A DNA stretch of 64,000 bases from Planctomycetota bacterium. GTDB lineage: Bacteria; Planctomycetota; PLA2; JAEUHO01. Location: positions 1 to 64,000 of the forward strand of contig CBDCWP010000040.1 in the NCBI GenBank assembly GCA_965223505.1, given 5' to 3'. The translations under genes and the position numbers were made by a program. Below are positions 1 through 9,320 of this stretch, piece by piece; positions within the stretch are counted from its first letter, which is position 1; each line of letters begins with the position of its first letter. The notes below the pieces were generated by a model. That model was not told where the DNA came from. It searched no databases and saw only the letters and a list, made by a program, of their open reading frames with translations.

Positions 1-285
1 CGCGCCCCCGGCCTTCTCCGCCTCCGCCAACACCTGCGCGACCTCGTCTTTCGACGGGACGCAATACGCGAGTGTCACCCCGCGAAAGCCCCGGCCCGCG
101 GACGGAACGCCGGCGTCCTCCGCCAGCTCGTCGCGCTGGTACAGCCCCAGTGCCATCGACTGCAGGTCGTAGCGAACGAGCTTCTCCGGCTCGCCCTCGT
201 CCTTCCACCCGAGCGCGTCGTAGAACGCCTTCGCCCGCGCCAAGTCCTCGACACCCAACGTCACGATGCTGACGCGTTGGTCCAT
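1..285 (-). CDS. VOC/glyoxalase-family protein (3' end runs off the window)
   Basis: Not in the ORF track. Manual translation from ATG at 285 (GGAG upstream) gives MDQRVSIVTLGVEDLARAKAFYDALGW...GFRGVTLAYCVPSKDEVAQVLAEAEKAGG, a typical VOC pattern. Confidence 0.85.
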   Translation of the reverse strand, partial: MDQRVSIVTLGVEDLARAKAFYDALGWKDEGEPEKLVRYDLQSMALGLYQRDELAEDAGVPSAGRGFRGVTLAYCVPSKDEVAQVLAEAEKAGGA

Positions 286-300
286 TACGTCTCCCTGAGA

Positions 301-482
301 CTAGGCTCTGTTTCGAAACTGCCGCTGCTGCGCCCGGCGATCCTCTTGCTGCGCCCCGCCCGAACTCGGAACCTCGTCCTCGACGGGCACAGAGCCCGCC
401 TGCGGCGAGAACCGCTCGTTCAGACTCGGGCTCGCATCGGTCTCCCCGGGCTCGCGACGCGGCATTTCGAAACGGAGCCTAG
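301..482. mobile_element. MITE-like element with terminal inverted repeats flanked by CTAG
   Basis: CTAGGCTCTGTTTCGAAA (301-318) is the inverse of TTTCGAAACGGAGCCTAG (465-482), 17/18 match. Internal blocks match the element at ~24760-24970. Confidence 0.7.
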
Positions 483-1763
483 TCACCGATCGATGCCCGC
501 CACGCGTCGTACAGCTCGGCCTCCGTGGCGCCGAAGGCACTCTTCGCCGCCGCGCTCGTGTCCGACCCGTCGCCGAGCGCCACGAGGAACGACGGCAGCG
601 CCCCCGTGCCGTACCGCTCGACCAACCACGTCACGAAGGAAACAGTCTGCGCGTAGTACAGACGCACCAGATTCGTGTCCGACACGCCCGACACGCGGAT
701 CTCGCGGGAAGTGCCGCAGTGTGAGCAGGTTGTCGCGTTCCTTCAGCTGCCGGATCCAGCGCGCGTCGCGCTCGCGCTGCAGCCGCAGGGACGCGGACTG
801 CGGTTCCTCGTACTGCGCGATGCCCTCGTGCCACCACGAAGGCAGACCGGGCGTCGCTTCGTGCAGCACGTGATGCGTGAACTCGTGCGTCAGCACACGC
901 GCCGCCGCGTCCTGCAGTCGCTCGAGATTCAGAATCGGAACGCGCAGCGTGCCGCGCTGGTACACCGCGCCGACCCAGCCGTGCGCCATCGTCACCGCCT
1001 GGAACCCGTCACCGGGATAGAGGATGACGCGCGCCGCGGACTTCGGTGTCACGCCCAGGTCCGAGACGACATGGCTGTAGGCGTCTTCGAGGATCGTCAG
1101 CGCCAGCCGCACGGTTTCGGGGTCCGCGTCCGCCGGGTACTTCACGCGGAAGTTGCCGCTCGAGTGCGACAGGTACTGCGCCTCGGTCTCGAGCTGTACG
1201 CGCAGGGACGACAGCTGCTGCCGAAGATCGGTGCGCGCTGGCGCGAGCGCCAACGCCTTCTCGAGCGCCTCGGCCGCCTCGAGCAGCTCGCCTTCGCGCT
1301 CCCGGATCTGCGCCGTCAGGATCCAGACCTCGACGAACGCCGGGCTCTTGCGGGCCAGGACCTGCACCTCGCGCAGCGCGTCGCCGGCGCGACCGAGCAG
1401 CAACAGGGCGCGCGCGCGCCAGACCTGGTAGCGCAGCCGGCGCGGATGCAGCTCGAGCGCGCGATCGAGGTCGTTGCGCGCCTGCGCCACCTCCTGCTCC
1501 GCGCGCAACCGGCTCTCCGCGCGGCGCGACAGCGCGAGTGCGAGGTTCTTCTTCGCCTCGACGCTCTCCGGAACGAGCGCGAGAGCCTGCTCGAAGGTCT
1601 CGATGGCCTGCGCATGCGTCACGTCGTTGCGCCGATGGGCCGACTCGAGCTCGCGGGCCGCGACACCCGTCAGGCGGCGCGCCTCGGTCCACGCTTCGTC
1701 TCCCGCGAACGCGGTCGTCGCGAGCGCGAGCAGCACGAGAAACGAGACGTACGAACGGAACAT
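479..1763 (-). pseudogene. Secreted TPR + peptidase MA-like metalloprotease, apparently frameshifted near 700-715
   Basis: Signal peptide MFRSYVSFLVLLALATTAFA, TPR-like helices and HEFTH...PSWWHEGIAQY in frame 483..1919. The family-typical C-terminus (LYYAQTVSFVTWLVERYG...ELYDAWRA) is in a different frame (479..694). Confidence 0.7.
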
Positions 1764-1809
1764 GCGTGGATTGGAACCCGGGACGGGACAGGCCGTCTCG
1801 CATTCGACG

Positions 1810-1844
1810 AAAAAAGGGGCCCGGCGCTTGCGCCGGGCCCCTTT
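1810..1844 (-). terminator. Rho-independent terminator
   Basis: On the minus strand AAAGGGGCCCGGC-GCAA-GCCGGGCCCCTTT forms a hairpin ending in a U-tract, just downstream of the stop at 1868. Confidence 0.85.
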
Positions 1845-1867
1845 GGGAGTTTCGTCGGTCGAGCGCG

Positions 1868-2545
1868 CTACTCGGACGCTTCGACCTTGTTCTCGGGACC
1901 GAAGTTGTCCGCGAACCACTGCGTGATGCTGTTCGGCTGGCCGCGTCCCACCGAGATCACGACCAACGCGCCGGCGATGCTGATCGCTGCAGCGAGGAAG
2001 AGGACCGCGTACACCAACGGATGCGTGCGCGGCTCTTCGATCACGACACGACGCGCGGGACCGCGCGCGGCCTGACGACGGCCGCCGCCGGCGCCCATGT
2101 CCTCGATCTCTTCGGCTTCGTCGAGCGCGTCGTCTTCGGTGAAGTCGATCGGCTCGGTCGACATGCCCACGTCACCGGAGTCGATGAACGTGTCCTGGCT
2201 GGAGATCTCGGCCGTCTTCATCCCGCCCTGCGCGGTCAGATCCGGCTCGGCCAGCAAGTCGTCCGAGAGCGTGTCTTCGCTGCCGGAGCCGACGTTGACG
2301 GTCGGCTGGCTGTCGTCGTCCTCGAGACTGATCTCGGTCAACGACGTCTCGGACGTCTGCCCACCGCGACCGCTGCGGCCGGCGAGGCCGTCGATCTCGG
2401 TGCGCTTGAACTTCATCTGCTCGCCTTCGCGGAAGGCGCGGATCTCACCCTCCGAGACGAGCCGCTTCAGGCGGTTCTCATCGATGTTCAGCTGCCGCAG
2501 AACCTCGTCGAACGTGTAGAACTCGCCACTCTTGGATTTGGCCAC
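1868..2545 (-). CDS. Excisionase-like helix-turn-helix protein with acidic linker and C-terminal TM helix
   Basis: FYTFDEVLRQLNIDENRLKRLVSEGEIRAFREGEQMKFKRTEID (HTH_17-like), long D/E/S-rich linker, hydrophobic LVYAVLFLAAAISIAGALVVISV. Probable GTG start at 2545. Confidence 0.75.
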   Translation of the reverse strand: MAKSKSGEFYTFDEVLRQLNIDENRLKRLVSEGEIRAFREGEQMKFKRTEIDGLAGRSGRGGQTSETSLTEISLEDDDSQPTVNVGSGSEDTLSDDLLAEPDLTAQGGMKTAEISSQDTFIDSGDVGMSTEPIDFTEDDALDEAEEIEDMGAGGGRRQAARGPARRVVIEEPRTHPLVYAVLFLAAAISIAGALVVISVGRGQPNSITQWFADNFGPENKVEASE

Positions 2546-2757
2546 GCGTGGACCCCCCAGGAAACTGGTTTCGGCAATGGTCGAGACGCTCCCTCCCGAG
2601 GCACGCCCGACCCGGCGCGCTGCGGGGGCAGCACACCGAGCGCGAAGCATCCCAGAAGGAGGGGTTGCGATCAAGGTTCCGGCGGTAGGGCCGCCCGGAA
2701 CCCGTCCATTGTAGCGGGTTTGACGCTGGCCCGTGGCCCTATCAGGCGCCTACGGCC

Positions 2758-3348
2758 CTACTTGGAGGCGTCGATCACCTTCGTGGGGAGGCCGCCGGCG
2801 CCCTTGTCGGCCGCCTTCTTCTTGCCCCAGACGGCCTCGAACTTCTCCTTCAGCTGCTCGCGCGTGAACTCGGAGAGGTCGCGGTAGCCCTCGGCGCGCA
2901 GGTCGTAGTCGATGTGGCGCGCTGCGAGCAGCCTGAGACCGCCCTTGTCGCCGCGACGCAGCGGCCGGTTGCCGCTGACGAGGCCCTTGTACTGATAGAC
3001 CAGCACCCGCTGCGCGACGGTGTCGAAGTAGTAGACCACCGCGTCGCCGCCCGGCGCCGAAGCGGCCAGCGCGATGGCGCGGTTGTTGGAGTCGCTGTTC
3101 CCGCCGCCGGGGTTGGGCGCGCCGCGCTCGAACGTGGACGACGGGGGACTCGGCAGCGTCGGCCCCGTGGCGCTGGGCGCCGGTGTCGGCGTGTTCGAGC
3201 CGGCCGGCGGCAGGATCGGCGTGTTGGGCGGGTCGTCGGCCATGGCGCCCCGCAGGCCCAGGGCGGGAACGAACACCAGCAGGAGGGTCGCGGCCCACCC
3301 ACCGGCGAAGAAGCCGATCAACAGCGACGAACGTGACATTCGAGACAT
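2758..3348 (-). CDS. Hypothetical membrane-anchored protein with Pro-rich linker
   Basis: N-terminal TM (LLIGFFAGGWAATLLLVFVPAL), Pro/Thr-rich linker, globular C-terminal part with protein-like composition. Confidence 0.6.
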   Translation of the reverse strand: MSRMSRSSLLIGFFAGGWAATLLLVFVPALGLRGAMADDPPNTPILPPAGSNTPTPAPSATGPTLPSPPSSTFERGAPNPGGGNSDSNNRAIALAASAPGGDAVVYYFDTVAQRVLVYQYKGLVSGNRPLRRGDKGGLRLLAARHIDYDLRAEGYRDLSEFTREQLKEKFEAVWGKKKAADKGAGGLPTKVIDASK

Positions 3349-3424
3349 GACGCGTACTCCGTCCGAGCAGGAGCGGCAGCGCTCCCGCACCCCGAATTTC
3401 TATCCCGCGCCTCTCACCGGGCTG

Positions 3425-4957
3425 TCACGGGGACCCCGTGGTCCCCGGAGCGGCCTCGGAGGCGGCTTCCGGGGCGGTCTCGGGCGCCTCCCCGTCCGCC
3501 TCGTCACCGGTATCCACTGGCAGGATGACCGTGAAGGCGGCCCCCTCGCCGGGCGCGCTGGTCACCTCGATGCGCCCCCCGTGGTTCGTCACGATGTTGT
3601 GAACGACCGCCAGGCCGAGTCCCGTGCCCTCGCCGACGTCCTTCGTCGTGAAGAACATGTCGAAGCAGCGGTCCTGGTCCTCGGCGCTCATGCCGGCGCC
3701 GTTGTCGATCACCTGGAGCCGCACCTCTTCGTCTTCGCGCGACACGCGGATCTCGATGCGGCCCGAGCCCTCCTTGATCGCGTCGGCCGCGTTCAGCACG
3801 AGATTCAGCGTCACCTGCTGCAGCTCGTGATCGTCGCCGAAGACCATGGCGACGCCGGGCTCCGGAAGGTCGCGGACGAGCTCGATGTCGCGGTCCTTGA
3901 TGCGGTGCATCGCGAGCGGGAGGCTCTTCGACACCACCAGGGCGAGATCCGCCGGGCGCGGCTCCACACGCCGCGGCGTGAACGTCAGGAACTTCTTCAC
4001 CGTCTGCTCGACTCGGCCGAGGCCGTCGGCGACGAGATCCAGGTATTGCGCCGTCTTCTCCGCCGACAGGTCACCGCGGGCGAGCGAACGCAGCGCGTTC
4101 TTCATGCCGCCCAGCGGGTTGTTGATCTCGTGCGCCAACCCGGCCGCCAGCTTGCCCGTCGCCGCGAGGCGCTGTGCGATGGCCAGATGCTGCTCGGCCT
4201 TCTTGATGCGCGTCAACGCCGTGAGTACGCGGTCTTCCAGATGCCCCTGGTACTCGGCCATCTCGTGCGCCATGCGGTTGAACGCGTTGATCGTCCGGCC
4301 GAGCTCGTCGGAGGACCCGCGCGCGTTGATGACGACGCTGTAGTCCCCTTCGGCAATGCGGTCCGCGGCGGTCGCCAGCTCCCGCAGCGGCCGGATGAGG
4401 TACTTCGAGATCAACCAGAACATGAGCACCGCGAGTACGACGATGCCGACCACCATCACGACGTAGAGTGCCTGCACGCCTGCGCGCCGGTCGTGCGGAA
4501 TGGCGACGAGCGTGTAGGGCGGGCCCTTGTACTCCGTGTTGATCGGAATCACGGCGAGCACGTCCTCGCGGTCGAGATACGAGCCGAGCAACGTGACCTC
4601 GCGGTAGTACGCGATGATCTCGTCGCGCTTCTCCTGGTCCTCGACCTCCGCGCCGCGGCCGGCCTGGGCCCAGTACGAACGCACGTCCCAGATGCCCTTC
4701 GGATCCGGCTGGTCCTCCTCGACGCTGCTCTCGACGACGTACAGCTCCGCGACGGCGTCCGTGTTCGCGATCATCAGCGCGGTGTGGCGCACGTGCTCGC
4801 GGCTGCCGTACGTCTCGTTGGCGTGCGTGAGCGCGAGCCGCGTCCGCCAGCGCTCGTCTGCGCCCGGCCCGCTCGAAAGCAGCATCACCATCGCCAAGGC
4901 GCAGATCGAGCCCATGACGCCGAAGACGACCGCAATGAGCTTCACCCGAATCGACAC
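3425..4957 (-). CDS. HAMP-domain sensor histidine kinase
   Basis: Two TM segments, HAMP (IRPLRELATAADRIAEGDY...SSDELG), H-box LAHEINNPL, N-box NLVLNAADA, DNGAG, FFTTK, GTGLGL. Confidence 0.95.
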   Translation of the reverse strand: MSIRVKLIAVVFGVMGSICALAMVMLLSSGPGADERWRTRLALTHANETYGSREHVRHTALMIANTDAVAELYVVESSVEEDQPDPKGIWDVRSYWAQAGRGAEVEDQEKRDEIIAYYREVTLLGSYLDREDVLAVIPINTEYKGPPYTLVAIPHDRRAGVQALYVVMVVGIVVLAVLMFWLISKYLIRPLRELATAADRIAEGDYSVVINARGSSDELGRTINAFNRMAHEMAEYQGHLEDRVLTALTRIKKAEQHLAIAQRLAATGKLAAGLAHEINNPLGGMKNALRSLARGDLSAEKTAQYLDLVADGLGRVEQTVKKFLTFTPRRVEPRPADLALVVSKSLPLAMHRIKDRDIELVRDLPEPGVAMVFGDDHELQQVTLNLVLNAADAIKEGSGRIEIRVSREDEEVRLQVIDNGAGMSAEDQDRCFDMFFTTKDVGEGTGLGLAVVHNIVTNHGGRIEVTSAPGEGAAFTVILPVDTGDEADGEAPETAPEAASEAAPGTTGSP

Positions 4958-5043
4958 GGGTCCACGGTACCCGAGGATTCCTTCGCAATGCAGCGTCCAG
5001 ACATCAGGGCTACAGGCGCAGTTCCAGCGATACAGTTGTTGTC

Positions 5044-6906
5044 ATGGCGCCGACCCAACCCGCTTCCGGCTCTCCGACCGCAGCCGAGCCTTCTCGCGCC
5101 GACTCGATGCGCGTCGCGGAATCGGCACGCGAGGAGAAGCGCACGAAACCCTCGTTCGCCGCGGAGCTCTTCCTCGGCGAGATTCGCCATCGCCTGGTGG
5201 TGCCGTTCCCGGAACAGGACGCGGCCGATCGAGAGCGCGCCGACGCGTTCCTCGTGGAGCTCGAGAAGGCGCTGCGTGAGGAGATCGATCCGGACGAGGT
5301 CGACCGAACGGGCGTGCTGCCCGACGCCGCGCTGCGGCGGCTGTGGGACGTGGGCGCGTTCCGGATGAAGATTCCCGAGGCCCACGGAGGGCTCGGGTTC
5401 AGCCAGTGCAACTACAACCGCGCCGTGGCGCTTGCAGGCAGCTGGTGCGGCAGCACGGCGATCTGGCTGTCCGGGCACCAGAGCATCGGCGTGCCCACGC
5501 CGCTGAAGCTGTTCGGCACCGAAGAGCAGAAAGAGCGCTACCTGCCCCGTCTGGCGCAGGGCGAGCTCTCGGCGTTCGCCTTGACGGAGCCCGAGGTCGG
5601 CAGCGACCCGGCCCACATGCAGACGACCGCCGTCCCCGACGAAGCGACCGGCGGCTGGATCTTGAACGGCGAGAAGCTGTGGTGCACGAACGGCCCGAAG
5701 GCCGATCTCCTGATCGTGATGGCGCGCACGCCGGACCGGATCGTCAACGGCAAGCCGCGTCAGCAGATCTCCGCGTTCATCGTCGAGGCGGATCAGCCGG
5801 GCTTCGAGGCCGTGCACAGGTGCGACTTCATGGGCTATCGCGGAATCCAAAGCGGACTGCTGCGATTCGAGGACTGCAAGCTGCCGGCGGACAGCCTGCT
5901 GTGGAAGGAAGGCCAGGGTCTGAAGCTCGCGCTCATCACGCTGAACACGGGCCGATTGACGCTGCCCGCGACCAACACCGCCGTCGCGAAGCAGTGCTTG
6001 CGGATCGTGCGCAAGTGGGCATCGAAGCGCCGCCAATGGGGCGCGCCCATCGGCCGGCACGAAGCGGTCGCCGTGGAGGTGGGCGCGATCGCGGCGCACA
6101 CGTTCGCGATGGAGGCGTTTTGCGACTACGCGGCCTCGCTGGCGGACAGCGGCGACAGCGACATCCGCGTCGAAGCGGCGATGGCCAAGCTGTTCTGCTC
6201 GGAGACCGTGTTCCAGATCGCCGACCGGACGATGCAGGTGCGCGGCGGACGCGGGTACGAGAAGGCGCACTCGTTGAAGGCGCGCGGGGAGGATCCGGAT
6301 CCGGTCGAGCGCCTGTTCCGCGAGGCGCGACTGAACACGATCGTCGAAGGCACCAGCGAGATCATGCGGCTGTTCATCGCGCGCGAAGCGTTGGACCCGC
6401 ACCTCGAGCGCGCGGGCGCGCTCGCGGACCCCGAGGCGTCATTCGGCGCGAAGGCGTGGTCGTTCCTGAAGTGCGCGGCGTTCTATCCGTTCTGGTATCT
6501 GAAGCGGTGCGTGCCGTTGGTGACCGCGCCTGCGGGTGTGTCGCTCGAGCTACGGGGGCACTGGCGCGCAGTACGTAACGGCTCGCGTTCGTTGGCGCGG
6601 CGCATCCTGCGGTCGATGGCGCGGTTCGGGCCGTCGCTCGAGCACCGGCAGGCGGTCTTGGGCCGTCTGGTGGACGAGGCGGTGGACCTCGTCGCGATGG
6701 CACTGACGTTGAGTCGTGCGTCGATCAAGGGCGATGCGGCGTCGATCGAGTTGGCAGACTTGTTCTGCCGGCATGCGAGGGCACGCATCAAGGACAATCG
6801 GCGGGCGCCGTTGAAGCTGGACAAGACCGGAGCTGCGGTGGGACGCGCGGTCCTGGCGGGGAAGTACCGAGGCGTCGAAGAGGGCATCGCAAAGGACGGG
6901 GTGTAG
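5044..6906 (+). CDS. Acyl-CoA dehydrogenase (VLCAD/ACAD9-like, long form)
   Basis: GHQSIG, FGTEEQKERYLPRLA, AFALTEPEVGSD, LNGEKLWCTNG, RGGRGY, IVEGTSEIMRL. Confidence 0.93.
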   Translation: MAPTQPASGSPTAAEPSRADSMRVAESAREEKRTKPSFAAELFLGEIRHRLVVPFPEQDAADRERADAFLVELEKALREEIDPDEVDRTGVLPDAALRRLWDVGAFRMKIPEAHGGLGFSQCNYNRAVALAGSWCGSTAIWLSGHQSIGVPTPLKLFGTEEQKERYLPRLAQGELSAFALTEPEVGSDPAHMQTTAVPDEATGGWILNGEKLWCTNGPKADLLIVMARTPDRIVNGKPRQQISAFIVEADQPGFEAVHRCDFMGYRGIQSGLLRFEDCKLPADSLLWKEGQGLKLALITLNTGRLTLPATNTAVAKQCLRIVRKWASKRRQWGAPIGRHEAVAVEVGAIAAHTFAMEAFCDYAASLADSGDSDIRVEAAMAKLFCSETVFQIADRTMQVRGGRGYEKAHSLKARGEDPDPVERLFREARLNTIVEGTSEIMRLFIAREALDPHLERAGALADPEASFGAKAWSFLKCAAFYPFWYLKRCVPLVTAPAGVSLELRGHWRAVRNGSRSLARRILRSMARFGPSLEHRQAVLGRLVDEAVDLVAMALTLSRASIKGDAASIELADLFCRHARARIKDNRRAPLKLDKTGAAVGRAVLAGKYRGVEEGIAKDGV

Positions 6907-7240
6907 GGGCGACCCTCGTGGTCGCCCAACCGTTCGTCGATCAGCCGCGGAGCCATGCGCGCTTGGGCAGCCACAAGGGCTGCCCCTACAGGTCAGGCAC
7001 CACGTGGACCAGGTCGCGGTGAACGCGAGCGCGGATGTAGGGGCGCCCCTCGTGGTCGCCCAACCGCTCGTGGTCCAGGGGCGTACCCAATTGGGCAGCC
7101 ACAAGGGCTGCCCCTACATGTGATCCGTCACGTGAACGGGAACGGGAGCGGATGTAGGGGGCGACCCTCGTGGTCGCCCAACCGTTCGTCGATCGGGTCC
7201 GGGCTCGTGCCGCAGGACAGCCCCAAGACGAAGTCCCTAC
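6903..7240. repeat. Cluster of GTAG-type REP elements in inverted pairs (REPIN/BIME-like)
   Basis: GTAGGGGCGACCCTCGTGGTCGCCC or near-identical variants at 6903, 7037 and 7154. Inverted variant GGGCAGCCACAAGGGCTGCCCCTAC at 6965 and 7093. Degenerate copy ending ~7240. Confidence 0.9.
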
Positions 7241-7281
7241 CTGCCGGATCCGGGTTCGGGGAGCGGGAGCAGGAGCGAGAT

Positions 7282-7707
7282 CTACCGCGTCAGACGAACG
7301 TACGAATCGCAGATCCGCACGCCGCGACCCGCGTCGCCGCACAAACGCACCGTCGCATCGAGCACCGCACCCGTCGGGAACGCCACCAACCACGTCCGCT
7401 CACCCTCGAGCTCGTCCGGCGTCAAGACATGAACGGCCTCGCCCTCGAGCAGGAGCACGCCGTGGGGCAGGTGCAGCTGCAGCTCGCACCCCTCGACGCC
7501 CGCAGCACGACGCCACGTCGCGCGAATGCGCGCCCGATCCCGCGTCGGCCGCTCCACGATCGCGGCGTCGAGCGATCCGACGAAGGCGTTCGGCTTGCCG
7601 ACGCCTGGTTCGAACACCGCGCCCGGGCCGGCCTCACGCACCCGCTCCTCGCCGCAACCCGCAAGGGCCGCGCAAGACAGCAGAACGATGACGATGCGAA
7701 CGGTCAT
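7282..7707 (-). CDS. Hypothetical lipoprotein
   Basis: C-terminal 141 aa of ORF 7282..9561, starting MTVRIVIVLLSCAALAG-C (lipobox), 8 nt after the upstream stop. Confidence 0.65.
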   Translation of the reverse strand: MTVRIVIVLLSCAALAGCGEERVREAGPGAVFEPGVGKPNAFVGSLDAAIVERPTRDRARIRATWRRAAGVEGCELQLHLPHGVLLLEGEAVHVLTPDELEGERTWLVAFPTGAVLDATVRLCGDAGRGVRICDSYVRLTR

Positions 7708-7715
7708 GCCGGGTC

Positions 7716-9320
7716 CTAGTTGATGCTCGGAACGAGGGTGTAGGTGGTGGCGTTGCCGCCGATGCAGTTGGCCACGACCTTCACGATGTACGTGCCTGCC
7801 GGAACGAGCAGCGGTCCGATCGTCTCGGTCAAGCCGCCGAACGTCGACGACGCGACCGGCGCGAAGACGTTGCTGTTGTCGAAGAGGAACAGGTCGAGGT
7901 TGTCGTTGCCGGGATTCGGGTCGACGTTCAAGACGAACGTCACCGTCATCGGCGCGGCGATCGTGAACTGATACCACGCCGAGCTGTCGAGCCCGTTGCA
8001 CAGGCCCGACGTCGAGTCGACGCTCCCGTTCTCGTTGACTCCGTCCGCGATCGGCGTCGGCCAGACGTCGCTGCCGGTGAGCGGCCAGTCGATCTGCTGA
8101 TCTTCGGGCGTGCCTTCGAGCAACGTCATGAGGTCGGCGTTCGTGAGCGTCGCCGACAACCCCAGCAAGCGCTGGAGCAACAGGCCGATGTACGGCGCGT
8201 CCGACGCCGGCGAGAACGACACCAGCGCCTGGTACAGCTCGCTCAGCGGGATGCTCACGAGATCGCCGTCGGTGTCGGCCGGGCCGGCGCCGCCGTCCAC
8301 GAGATCCCAGAGAATCTCCGCGACCGTCCACTCGCCGCCGATGCCGTCGGCGTGCGCGGGCCCGGTCATCACGCTCTCGATGCTCTGATCCAGACCGAGA
8401 CCGCCCGCGGTTCCGATGGAGTCCACGTAGTCGGGCGAGCCGAGACACAGGCACGCGAACCCCGTCGCCTGTCCCTCGCTGAACGCGAAGTTGGGCTCGA
8501 GCTCGAAGTGCGGGAAGTGCGCGCCGCCGGGGTTCATGACGTACGCGGCGTCGAACTCGACGAAGTGACCGAACTCGTGCGCGATCACCGCGTCGTCGAA
8601 GTAGTCCGTGTCGCTTCCGTCCAGATTCCCCGTCGCGCCGCCGAAGAGCACGATCGAGTTCGAGTTGGGGTCGAACTGCGTGCCCACCGCGCCGTTGTTG
8701 CCGAGCTGGGTGTAGCAGTGGACGTCGCCCAGGTTCACACCGGCGCCCGTCGCGACGTCGAAGCAGGTGACGAGCACGTCGAGCGCGCCGAAGCCGATCG
8801 CCGGGCGCGGGGTGCCGTCGGGCGCGCCGACGGGATACAGGACCGTCACGTTCACGACCACGTTGGGGTCCGCGGCGAACGGCGCCGACGCCTGGGCGAA
8901 GACGTTCGCCGACGCGTGCACGTTCACCGGCGGCGGCAACGCGTCGTGGACGGTGATCTGCCGCGCGGCGTCCAAGTCCGTCCGGCTGAGCGGCACCACC
9001 TCGAGCGCCGCGCCGGCGGGCGCGTTGACGACCAGCGCGTAGGTGCCGTTCGCCGCGGTGCTCGTGCTCCCGTACACCGTCCCCCCGCCCGCGGCGCGAA
9101 CGAGCACGTCGACGAACCGCGCGGGCCGCGTGATGATCGGCACGTCCAGCCCGACGCCGGGCGTCAGCGTGAGCCGCTGGTACTCGATCGTGCCGTTGAC
9201 GCTGACCGCGATCGGCGGGGCCGGGGGGCCCCCACCGCCGCCGCAGCCGGACAGGGCGAGGAGCGCGAGCAGGCCGGCTGCGATCGTTCGGGGCATGCGG
9301 AGGGCCATCCTCATCCTCAT
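7716..9320 (-). CDS. Lipoprotein zinc metallopeptidase with C-terminal PPC-like domain
   Basis: Lipobox LSG-C followed by GGGGG, VIAHEFGH and downstream AFSEG, C-terminal NLDLFLFD...ETI...VPAGTYIVKV. Confidence 0.75.
   Translation of the reverse strand: MRMRMALRMPRTIAAGLLALLALSGCGGGGGPPAPPIAVSVNGTIEYQRLTLTPGVGLDVPIITRPARFVDVLVRAAGGGTVYGSTSTAANGTYALVVNAPAGAALEVVPLSRTDLDAARQITVHDALPPPVNVHASANVFAQASAPFAADPNVVVNVTVLYPVGAPDGTPRPAIGFGALDVLVTCFDVATGAGVNLGDVHCYTQLGNNGAVGTQFDPNSNSIVLFGGATGNLDGSDTDYFDDAVIAHEFGHFVEFDAAYVMNPGGAHFPHFELEPNFAFSEGQATGFACLCLGSPDYVDSIGTAGGLGLDQSIESVMTGPAHADGIGGEWTVAEILWDLVDGGAGPADTDGDLVSIPLSELYQALVSFSPASDAPYIGLLLQRLLGLSATLTNADLMTLLEGTPEDQQIDWPLTGSDVWPTPIADGVNENGSVDSTSGLCNGLDSSAWYQFTIAAPMTVTFVLNVDPNPGNDNLDLFLFDNSNVFAPVASSTFGGLTETIGPLLVPAGTYIVKVVANCIGGNATTYTLVPSIN

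Noticed and set aside
301..540. 79-aa ORF on the minus strand
   Set aside because: It spans the MITE-like element, overlaps the peptidase tail, and has no protein-like features.
6903..7240. REP clusters as CRISPR arrays or as small ORFs
   Set aside because: Units alternate in orientation and carry GTAG+palindrome, which is REP architecture. ORFs across them only translate the repeats.
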